From Clostridiaceae bacterium (lineage in GTDB: Bacteria; Bacillota; Clostridia; Acetivibrionales; DTU013): a DNA stretch of 64,000 bases. The stretch is taken from contig JAAYPO010000011.1 in assembly GCA_012519745.1 (NCBI GenBank), forward strand, positions 21,541 through 85,540, in the 5' to 3' direction. Below are positions 8,838 through 16,800 of the stretch, piece by piece. Position numbers and translations under genes: made by a program. The notes under the pieces were generated by a model, which was given only the letters and a program-made list of their open reading frames with translations, made no database searches and was not told where the DNA came from. The stretch's first letter is position 1. Every line of letters starts with the position of its first letter.

Positions 8838-10292
8838 ATGAAATTGGCTGATCTGATCGAGGGATTGGATATCCTTTACATAAGAGGAAATTCGGACATT
8901 GAAATAGACGGTATTGCATATGATTCGAGGAAGGTCAGGAAGGGTTACCTATTTGTGTGCATCGACGGTACGGTCACAGACGGGCATGAATTTGCAGAGC
9001 AAGCAGTGGGCTATGGGGCTGCGGCCATGATCATCCAAAAACCTCTGGCATCTGATACTGATCTGCCGGTGGTAATGGTCAGGGATTCCCGGAAGGCTCT
9101 TGCGTTTGTGTCGGACAGATTCTTCGGACATATGTCAGGCAGGTTCAATTTGATAGGGATCACGGGCACAAAGGGAAAAACGACGACCTGCTTCATGATA
9201 AAATCGATACTGGAGGCAGCGGGGCGCAAGACAGGCCTTATAGGCACTCTGGGCGCACGGATAGGCCAGCGGATACTGTACTCTGAGAGAACCACACCCG
9301 AGTCTCTTGATCTGCAGCAGCTCTTTTTCCAGATGGTGGAAGAAAATGTGACTGATGTGATCATGGAGGTCTCGTCACAGGGGCTTGCACTGCACAGGGT
9401 CAAGTACTGTGAGTTTGACACCGGAGTTTTTACAAATCTGTCCAGGGATCATATCAGTTCGGCAGAACATGCTTCCATGGAGGAGTATCTGCTGGCTAAA
9501 TGCATACTATTCAAGATATGCAGGAGAGGCCTGGTGAATCTGGACAGCAAATACGCTCTGAAGGTAATGGATGAAGCAGAATGCCCTGTGCATACATACA
9601 GTCTTGACAGCGATTCTGACATCAAGGCCGTAAACGTTAGCAAGATGCCGGGAAGTGTGGAGTTCGAAATGATATCGCCCTGGTATGGCGGCAGATTCAA
9701 AGTCGATATCCCGGGCAGATTCAGCGTTTACAATGCACTTGCAGCCGCAGGGGTATGTGGGCTGCTGGGTATAGAAGAAGAGGCTGTTAGGGCGGGTCTG
9801 GAGAAGGTGCAGGTCCCAGGCAGGGCAGAATCAGTGGATACAGGAACAGATTTCAGTGTTATAATAGATTATGCACATACACCTGACAGTCTTAACAATA
9901 TACTCGAGGCTGTCAGGGACTATGCTTCGGCAAGAGTGATATGTGTATTTGGCTGCGGTGGTGACAGGGACAGGACAAAACGCCCAATGATGGGACAGAT
10001 ATCAGGAAGCCTTGCTGATTATACGGTGATCACCTCGGATAATCCAAGGACTGAGGAACCCGAAGCCATTATAGCGCAAATAGAGGAAGGTATTAAGACC
10101 ACAGCCGGCAGATATGTGTGCATAACAGACCGCAGGGCAGCCATAAGGCATGCATTGAAGTATGCAGCTGCAGGGGATGTGGTAGTTTTAGCCGGTAAGG
10201 GCCATGAAACATACCAGACCTTTGCAGATAAAACGATACACTTTGATGAGAGGGAAGTTGTGCGGGAAATACTGGATGAGAAACTGAGTTAA
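8838..10292 (+). CDS. murE: UDP-N-acetylmuramoyl-L-alanyl-D-glutamate--2,6-diaminopimelate ligase
   Basis: P-loop GITGTKGKTTT. The DNPR motif (ITSDNPRTEEP) is typical of meso-DAP-adding MurE. dcw position. Confidence 0.92.
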   Translation: MKLADLIEGLDILYIRGNSDIEIDGIAYDSRKVRKGYLFVCIDGTVTDGHEFAEQAVGYGAAAMIIQKPLASDTDLPVVMVRDSRKALAFVSDRFFGHMSGRFNLIGITGTKGKTTTCFMIKSILEAAGRKTGLIGTLGARIGQRILYSERTTPESLDLQQLFFQMVEENVTDVIMEVSSQGLALHRVKYCEFDTGVFTNLSRDHISSAEHASMEEYLLAKCILFKICRRGLVNLDSKYALKVMDEAECPVHTYSLDSDSDIKAVNVSKMPGSVEFEMISPWYGGRFKVDIPGRFSVYNALAAAGVCGLLGIEEEAVRAGLEKVQVPGRAESVDTGTDFSVIIDYAHTPDSLNNILEAVRDYASARVICVFGCGGDRDRTKRPMMGQISGSLADYTVITSDNPRTEEPEAIIAQIEEGIKTTAGRYVCITDRRAAIRHALKYAAAGDVVVLAGKGHETYQTFADKTIHFDEREVVREILDEKLS

Positions 10293-10302
10293 AGGAGAAG
10301 AT

Positions 10303-11709
10303 ATGATCCGATTAACTATAGCAGAGATATTGGAAGCAACAGGAGGAGTACTGCTGAAAGGCAGCGCAGACACATCCATTTGCGGGATATCTGCCGATTC
10401 GAGGAAGACTGGGTCGGGGCACCTTTTCATACCTCTGAAGGGGGAAAGGTATGATGGACATGATTTTATACAGGGAGCTTTTGAAACAGGAGCGGCAGCC
10501 TCACTGACAGAGCAGAGCGGCACGGCAGATATTTCTCGAGCCGCTGCGGAGGATGCTGCAGTTGAAGACAAAGTGCTGATCAAAGTGAACAACACACTCA
10601 CGGCACTTCAGGATATCGCTGCATATTACAGGAGGAAATTCTCCATCCCATTTGTTGGTATCACGGGAAGTGTGGGAAAAACCAGCACAAAGGACATGGT
10701 TGCCTGTGCACTTGGAGCCAGATATAATGTTCTCAAGAATGAAGGCAACTTCAATAACGAAATAGGTGTCCCGTTGACGATATTCAGGCTTGAGGGAGCT
10801 CATGAGGCCGCCGTTTTGGAAATGGGGATGAGCGGTTTTGGAGAGATCAGGACTCTGACGGGTATCGTACGGCCAAAGGTGGGAATAATAACCAATATAG
10901 GCATCTCACACATAGAAAGGCTGGGTACGCGGCAAAACATACTCAAGGCCAAGCTGGAGCTCCTGGAAGGCTTACAGCCGGACGGTCTGCTGATACTCAA
11001 CGGGGATGATGTGATGCTCAGCGGAGTCAAGAGTCTGCTGGATGTACGGACGGTATCATATGGTCTCGAAGATGGGGCGGATTATCAGGCGTACAATGTG
11101 CGCTCCAGAGGTGAGAAAGGGATAGATTTCGAAATAACTCTTTGCGGCAGAGAATATAATGTGCACCTTCCGACACCGGGGGTACATAATGTATATAATG
11201 CACTGGCTGCTCTGGCAGCCGGGCATGAACTAGGCATCGATGCACAGGACCTCATAAGAGGTATCGCTGCTTACAGCCCAGGCAGCATGAGACTGAATAT
11301 CATCAAGGCAAACGGCATCACTATAATAAACGATGCATATAATGCCAGCCCCCAGTCGGTAAAGGCCGCCATCGATGTATTGGATGAGATCGAGGCCGGC
11401 AGACGGATCGCAGTACTGGGAGACATGCTGGAGCTTGGTGACTGGAGCGTCGACGCACATTTGGAGACCGGCCGCAATGCCGCCGGAAGCAGGACGGATA
11501 TGATCATCACAGTGGGTCACGGGGCTGCAGATATCGCAAGAGGAGCGGTTGAGGCAGGCTTTCCGCCTGAGGCTGCGGTCATGAAGGAAAACAACTCTGA
11601 TGCTCTGGAGCATATCAGAAGCATTGTCAGCAAAGGCGATGCCATACTGGTCAAGGGATCAAGAGGAATGAAAATGGAAGAGATAGTGAACGGTTTGATA
11701 TCCGGATGA
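10303..11709 (+). CDS. murF: UDP-N-acetylmuramoyl-tripeptide--D-alanyl-D-alanine ligase
   Basis: P-loop GITGSVGKTSTK, a Mur ligase central and C-terminal domain, and a position after murE. Confidence 0.9.
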   Translation: MIRLTIAEILEATGGVLLKGSADTSICGISADSRKTGSGHLFIPLKGERYDGHDFIQGAFETGAAASLTEQSGTADISRAAAEDAAVEDKVLIKVNNTLTALQDIAAYYRRKFSIPFVGITGSVGKTSTKDMVACALGARYNVLKNEGNFNNEIGVPLTIFRLEGAHEAAVLEMGMSGFGEIRTLTGIVRPKVGIITNIGISHIERLGTRQNILKAKLELLEGLQPDGLLILNGDDVMLSGVKSLLDVRTVSYGLEDGADYQAYNVRSRGEKGIDFEITLCGREYNVHLPTPGVHNVYNALAALAAGHELGIDAQDLIRGIAAYSPGSMRLNIIKANGITIINDAYNASPQSVKAAIDVLDEIEAGRRIAVLGDMLELGDWSVDAHLETGRNAAGSRTDMIITVGHGAADIARGAVEAGFPPEAAVMKENNSDALEHIRSIVSKGDAILVKGSRGMKMEEIVNGLISG

Positions 11710-11764
11710 ATCACTGCAGGAGTGTATTTACGTCGATGATAATAAAAAACGGATATACGGGGGA

Positions 11765-12760
11765 ATGGATTTGGAGTTCATATTGAGATCAACGGAAGTG
11801 GCAGCATTTGTTGGGACATTTATACTGGCGCTTATTGCAGGTCCGATAATAATTCCTGTATTGCGGCGACTCAAATTCGGGCAGACGATAAGGGATGACG
11901 GACCTGCCACCCATCTAAAAAAAATGGGGATACCTACTATCGGAGGCCTGATTTTTATAATCCCCATGATAATCACCACATTGGTATTCGTACCGCGTCA
12001 CCCCGATATTGTGCCGATCCTGCTGGTATCTCTGGGATATGCCGCCATAGGACTTGTCGATGACCTGATCAAGGTGGTCAGGAAGAATAAAGACGGTCTG
12101 AACCCGAAACAGAAGTCCTTCGGGCAGTTCATCATAGCTGCCGTATTTGCTGTTTATGTGGCACTGGATCCTGCTCTGGGCACAGGTATGATCATTCCCT
12201 TCCTAGGCATCGATGCGGTGGTTGAATTGCCCATATGGCTTTTCATACCCCTCATTATCATTGTTATGTACCTGATCACAAATTCGGTCAATATGACCGA
12301 TGGAGTGGACGGGCTGGCTTCGGGAGTAACCCTTATAGTGGCAGTGTTTTTTACCATAGTTGCCATGGTCAGACCGGAATGGGATAATGTCAAGCTGATG
12401 TGCGCCATAACAGCCGGCGGATGCCTGGGATTCCTTGTGTTCAACATATATCCCGCGAAGGTTATAATGGGAGATACGGGATCGCTGATGCTGGGCGGCA
12501 TCATAGGTGCTGCAGCTGTTATCATGAAGATGCCGTGGATACTGCTGGTGGCCGGTGCCATCTATGCGGTGGAGAGCCTTTCCGTCTTCATACAGGTTAC
12601 ATCCTTCAAGCTCAGGGGGAAGAGGGTGTTCAAGATGGCTCCCATCCACCACCATTTTGAATTGTCCGGCTGGAAGGAGACCAAGGTAGTAGGTGTCTTC
12701 TGGCTTATAACAGTAGTGCTTTGCCTGATCGGCTTTGCAACGCTGAGAATGGTGTGGTGA
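11765..12760 (+). CDS. mraY: Phospho-N-acetylmuramoyl-pentapeptide transferase
   Basis: Polytopic membrane protein with NSVNMTDGVDGLA and APIHHHFE motifs. Confidence 0.93.
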   Translation: MDLEFILRSTEVAAFVGTFILALIAGPIIIPVLRRLKFGQTIRDDGPATHLKKMGIPTIGGLIFIIPMIITTLVFVPRHPDIVPILLVSLGYAAIGLVDDLIKVVRKNKDGLNPKQKSFGQFIIAAVFAVYVALDPALGTGMIIPFLGIDAVVELPIWLFIPLIIIVMYLITNSVNMTDGVDGLASGVTLIVAVFFTIVAMVRPEWDNVKLMCAITAGGCLGFLVFNIYPAKVIMGDTGSLMLGGIIGAAAVIMKMPWILLVAGAIYAVESLSVFIQVTSFKLRGKRVFKMAPIHHHFELSGWKETKVVGVFWLITVVLCLIGFATLRMVW

Positions 12761-12853
12761 CACTCCTGTGCAGGGAGTATGCGGGATTGCGAATTGATAA
12801 ATCAATTGCAACGGGTTGAGGATTGTCACCATTTGAGAGTGGTGTGGTGACAC
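12744..12853 (+). repeat. Duplication of the mraY 3' end (20-nt direct repeat, 90 bp apart) enclosing a near-perfect palindrome
   Basis: TGAGAATGGTGTGGTGACAC at 12744-12763 versus TGAGAGTGGTGTGGTGACAC at 12834-12853. TTGCAACG also precedes both copies. The palindrome TTGCGAATTGATAAATCAATTGCAA lies between them. Confidence 0.8.
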
Positions 12854-12875
12854 CGTACCGCTTACGGAGGTAGGT

Positions 12876-13985
12876 ATGAAAAACAAGAAGCCCTTTGACT
12901 TTTTATTGTTCATAACAGTGCTGATATTGCTGTCGCTTGGACTGATCATGGTCTTCAGTGCCAGTGCGCCAACGGCTGAGAAGTATTATGGGAACATATA
13001 CCACTATATCAACAGGCAGTTGGTATTCGCTGGATTGGGCATGGCTGCTATGCTGCTTGCAGCCAATTATGATTACCACAAGATAGGAAAGAAAACAGTT
13101 TGGATCCTGCTGCTTGTCAGTATCGTCCTGCTCATACTGGTCCTGATACCCGGTATAGGCAGCGAATCCAAGGGATCCTGGAGATGGATCATAATCGCAG
13201 GCTTCCGTTTCCAGCCGTCAGAGCTTGCGAAGATGGCGTTGATTCTTTTCTATTCGTATAGCTTGTCGAAAAGAAAAAAGCCTCTCGATTCATTTTTCGG
13301 AGATTTACTGCCGTACCTGTTCGTGCTGGGTATAATAGTGGCACTTTTGCTGCTGGAGACACATTTGAGTGCTACGATAATAATGATATCCATTGCAATG
13401 ATCATTCTTTTTGCGGCGGGAGCTAAAATCCGGCACTTTGCGGCGCTGGTGCTGCCGGTAACCGCTTTGGTCATTGCTGTTATAACATTTACTGACTATA
13501 TGACTCCCCGGTTAAGATCCTGGATCGACCCATGGAGCGATCCCCGGGGCGATGGATATCAGACGATACAGTCCCTGTACGCCATAGGCTCGGGCGGGCT
13601 GTTTGGCCGAGGTCTTGGTCAGAGCATGCAGAAATTCCTGTACGTGCCTGAGCCTCAAAACGATTACATTTTTCCGATACTTGCCGAGGAGCTTGGTTTT
13701 GTGGGAGTTGTGGCGGTTTTGCTCCTCTTTATGATCTTTATCTGGAGGGGGATCAAGATCGCGGTACATGCTCCGGATACCTATGGATGTCTTATTGCAT
13801 CAGGCGTGACTGCATTGATCGCAGTCCAGAGCCTTTTCAATGTAGCTGTTGTAACAAACTCTGTCCCACCCACCGGTGTATCGCTGCCCTTTTTCAGTGC
13901 AGGGGGTACAGCCCTTATCCTCTTTATGGCCGAAGCAGGCATTTTGCTCAATGTTTCGCGCTATTCCAGGTACGAAAGAATCTGA
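12876..13985 (+). CDS. ftsW: SEDS family protein FtsW/SpoVE
   Basis: 369-aa SEDS protein (QPSELAKM, PEPQNDYIFPILAEELGFVG, GVSLPFFSAGGTA) in the dcw cluster after mraY. It could equally be named spoVE in a spore former. Confidence 0.85.
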   Translation: MKNKKPFDFLLFITVLILLSLGLIMVFSASAPTAEKYYGNIYHYINRQLVFAGLGMAAMLLAANYDYHKIGKKTVWILLLVSIVLLILVLIPGIGSESKGSWRWIIIAGFRFQPSELAKMALILFYSYSLSKRKKPLDSFFGDLLPYLFVLGIIVALLLLETHLSATIIMISIAMIILFAAGAKIRHFAALVLPVTALVIAVITFTDYMTPRLRSWIDPWSDPRGDGYQTIQSLYAIGSGGLFGRGLGQSMQKFLYVPEPQNDYIFPILAEELGFVGVVAVLLLFMIFIWRGIKIAVHAPDTYGCLIASGVTALIAVQSLFNVAVVTNSVPPTGVSLPFFSAGGTALILFMAEAGILLNVSRYSRYERI

Positions 13986-14034
13986 ACACATTACATTTGC
14001 CCCGCATAAAATAAAATGTGTGCGAGGTGTTTTT

Positions 14035-14448
14035 ATGAGCAAATTAGTTATTACGGGTGGCGCCAGACTCCAGGGTGAGATCGCAGTCGAAGGCTCCAAA
14101 AATGCCGTATTGCCTATTCTTGCAGCATCGCTGCTCAATGGCGGGGAGAGTGTTATCAGGAACTGTCCGGGACTAAGAGATGTGGAGGTAATGGTCGGGA
14201 TACTTAGAAAGATCGGCTGCAGTGTAAAGACTGAAGGCGATGTCATAATCGTAAATTCTTCTGATATCAGAGAAACTCAAATTCCGGTGGAGCTTGCAGC
14301 AGAAATGCGTTCATCGATTATTTTCATGGGCCCTATGCTGGCAAGATGCGGCAAAGTGACTATTAGCTACCCGGGTGGGTGCGCAACGGTTCGGATTTTT
14401 AACGGATATGGAGAAGGGATAAATAATATGTTTCCAACATCGGCATAA
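14035..14448 (+). pseudogene. murA: Truncated murA (UDP-N-acetylglucosamine 1-carboxyvinyltransferase): N-terminal ~118 residues only
   Basis: MSKLVITGGARLQGEIAVEGSKNAVLPILAASLL...SYPGGC is colinear with MurA up to the catalytic Cys. It then diverges (ATVRIFNGYGEGINNMFPTSA) and stops. Full-length MurA is about 420 aa. Confidence 0.8.
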
Positions 14449-14512
14449 GTAAGGTATAATCTATATTGTGTATGGTTTCTCACACAGAGTATTCGGGGGG
14501 TAGCATATTTCT

Positions 14513-15109
14513 ATGGAACATAGTGAGCAGATTTTGCTTGAAAAGGCAAAGTCGGGTGATGTAGCTGCTTTTGAAGAGCTGATCGATTCATATCAGAAAA
14601 AAGTGTTCAACCTGGCATTGCGTATCATAGGAAATTATGATGATGCGGCAGACCTGGCACAGGAGACATTTGTCAGGATCTATAAAGCTATCTCCAATTT
14701 TAAAGAGCAGTCTTCATTTTCCACATGGGTCTACAGGATAACTACAAATGTATGCCTGGACGAGCTAAGAAGGAGAAAGAACAAAAAGGTAGTATCTCTT
14801 GATGAGGACATACACATGAATGACGGCGATATGAAACGTCAGGTGATGAGTGAGGATCCGGGTCCCGATGAGGCCGCCGAGCGGGAGGAGGTCCGCAGAG
14901 TGGTCAATGATGCTATAAACAAGCTTTCGGAGGATCTGCGGGTGGTTATCACATTAAGAGATCTGCAGGGGATGAGCTATGAGGAAATCGCAAAAACGCT
15001 GGATCTGCCCGGAGGTACGGTAAAATCACGGATCAACAGAGCAAGACTGGCTCTTAAAAAAGTATTGTTGTCAGAACGGGAACTTTTATTTGAGGGCTAC
15101 GTCAAATGA
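14513..15109 (+). CDS. ECF-type RNA polymerase sigma-70 family factor
   Basis: Region 2 (DLAQETFVRIY...WVYRITTNVCLDELRRR) and region 4 HTH (GMSYEEIAKTLDLPGGTVKSRINRARLALKK), about 200 aa. Confidence 0.9.
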   Translation: MEHSEQILLEKAKSGDVAAFEELIDSYQKKVFNLALRIIGNYDDAADLAQETFVRIYKAISNFKEQSSFSTWVYRITTNVCLDELRRRKNKKVVSLDEDIHMNDGDMKRQVMSEDPGPDEAAEREEVRRVVNDAINKLSEDLRVVITLRDLQGMSYEEIAKTLDLPGGTVKSRINRARLALKKVLLSERELLFEGYVK

Positions 15110-15128
15110 TATGAAAGGAGGGATGGAG

Positions 15129-16289
15129 ATGACAAGCTGTGCAGATGTAAGAGAAAATATCAGCGCATATGCGGACAATGAGCTAAGCGCAAGTGAGAGA
15201 GAGTCCTTTGAAGAACACATTAGCAGATGTCCTTCATGCAGGGATGAGCTGGAAGATATGCTCAGGATCATCGCGATCTGCAGAAGCATGCCCCAGCAGG
15301 AGCTTCCTGAGGGCTTCAAGGCTGAGCTGCATGAAAAACTGACAGCAGTATCGGCCAGGCAGACAAATATACATGTCATTCGGGAAAAACCAAAGAAGAT
15401 CGTATTCGCACGCACCATTGCATCCATAGCCGCGGGTATTCTCCTGATCTTCCTTGGCGGAGGTATCATAAGGTTCGGACTATTCTCCGGGGGTTTTATG
15501 TCAAAGAGCTCTGACAATGCCGATATGACAGCCAGTACACCGGCATCGTCCGCAAAGCCTGCCGAAAACAGTCTGGCATATAGCATTAATGAAGCACAGG
15601 ATATGGATATAGACGGTTTCCAGTCATCAGAACCGATGGCTGATGCCCCGATGGACGCATTGAGCATGGACTACGGCATAATGGACAGCGGAAACGGTGC
15701 AGAGATTACGGCTAAGAGCTTTACAGCAAACCGTTCGGTAGAAAAGGATGAGCGGGACAACGGTCATAATCAAGGGATGAATGCCGAGGCAGCCACCAGT
15801 AAAACTGCGACTATCACTGTTACGACAAGGGATATAGCTGCGGCATCAGGGAAGGTCACAATACTTGCTGCCGTCAATAATGGAATGGCTCCGGCCGAAA
15901 ATATTGCTTTCGATGGGCAGGACATTCCTGAGACAAGTGCGTTATCGATCCATATGGAGGAAGAAAATACCCAGAAACAGCTGCAATATGTATTCGCCGA
16001 AGCTGATTACAGTGCTTTCGCAGCAGCATTGAATGATACCTTTGGAGCTGCTGACGTACAGACCGGTGCGTTTGTATCGGAAGACATGACAGACACCATA
16101 AATGTGCTGATCGATCAGTCAGTAATGTATGATGCTGAGATACAGAAGCTGCAAAATGATAATAACGCTAAAGCTCCTGAGGAGATCAACAAGCTGAAGA
16201 AAGAGAAGGAGAGCATAGACGAACAGATCGAATGGATCAGGCTCAATTCAGATTTTGTAACAGTAACGATCTATGTGAATATGAAATAG
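15129..16289 (+). CDS. Zinc-binding (ZAS-type) anti-sigma factor with one TM segment and a large extracytoplasmic domain
   Basis: H-x3-C-x2-C motif (EEHISRCPSCRDEL) and TM segment IASIAAGILLIFLGGGII. Immediately downstream of the sigma gene. ATG at 15129 lies 7 nt after GGAGG, while the ORF track begins at 15090. Confidence 0.8.
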   Translation: MTSCADVRENISAYADNELSASERESFEEHISRCPSCRDELEDMLRIIAICRSMPQQELPEGFKAELHEKLTAVSARQTNIHVIREKPKKIVFARTIASIAAGILLIFLGGGIIRFGLFSGGFMSKSSDNADMTASTPASSAKPAENSLAYSINEAQDMDIDGFQSSEPMADAPMDALSMDYGIMDSGNGAEITAKSFTANRSVEKDERDNGHNQGMNAEAATSKTATITVTTRDIAAASGKVTILAAVNNGMAPAENIAFDGQDIPETSALSIHMEEENTQKQLQYVFAEADYSAFAAALNDTFGAADVQTGAFVSEDMTDTINVLIDQSVMYDAEIQKLQNDNNAKAPEEINKLKKEKESIDEQIEWIRLNSDFVTVTIYVNMK

Positions 16290-16331
16290 ATAAGCCTATC
16301 ATTATCATGGGGAGTGCTGCCTCATTTTATC

Positions 16332-16562
16332 CTACTTGCAGGCATATTTTTCAGGTTGAGATAAGAAGAACAATCTGGTTGGAATATAAATAATATTCAC
16401 CCGAGTACTTGTATTCTCTGCCCGGAGCCCTTCTGCGTCATACCTGCTGACCAGTGTATTACCGTCTTTCATCACTACCTGTATCTGGCGGTTCAGTGCG
16501 TCATAGCTGAAGGTGTTCGTACCTTCTCCGCAGGGCTGACCAGAGCAGGATGATACAGCCAA
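16332..16562 (-). pseudogene. Orphan RHS/YD-repeat fragment (about 76-85 aa), relic of a polymorphic-toxin-type protein
   Basis: FSYDALNRQIQVVMKDGNTLVSRYDAEGLRAE contains two YD-repeat units (Y-D-x-x-x-R / Y-D-A-E-G-L-R). There is no plausible RBS or ATG, it is bounded by stops, and no repeat shell or toxin domain is attached. Confidence 0.55.
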
Positions 16563-16692
16563 AACCCTTACAAATCCGAAGCTGGGCTACTGGAACCTGG
16601 TTAACCCCTTAAATACTTTTTGGAGTCTTGCTCACAACTCTGTACATCCCATACAGCGAGGTGTACAGTAATGGACCGAGAGCGATCATTCA

Positions 16693-16721
16693 CACCGTGC
16701 CTTTACGACGGTGATTTTTTT
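16693..16721 (+). terminator. Orphan intrinsic terminator with no upstream plus-strand gene
   Basis: CACCGT / ACGGTG stem, 9-nt loop, T7 run. It lies 80 bp upstream of polA. Confidence 0.5.
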
Positions 16722-16800
16722 GTGTAGAATATATTGGATGAAAAATTAGTGTGTACCAGGCAAAAAATAGTTTGAGATTCAAAGAAAGAGGTACTGTCGT

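Noticed and set aside
12203-12949. 248-aa minus-strand ORF spanning mraY and ftsW.
   Set aside because: It lies antisense to two strongly supported dcw genes, crosses their intergenic region and has no motif.
13876-14034. Upstream extension of the murA-fragment ORF (track start 13876), overlapping the ftsW 3' end.
   Set aside because: MurA homology begins at the ATG at 14035 (MSKLVITGG). The extension is translated from the ftsW coding region in another frame.
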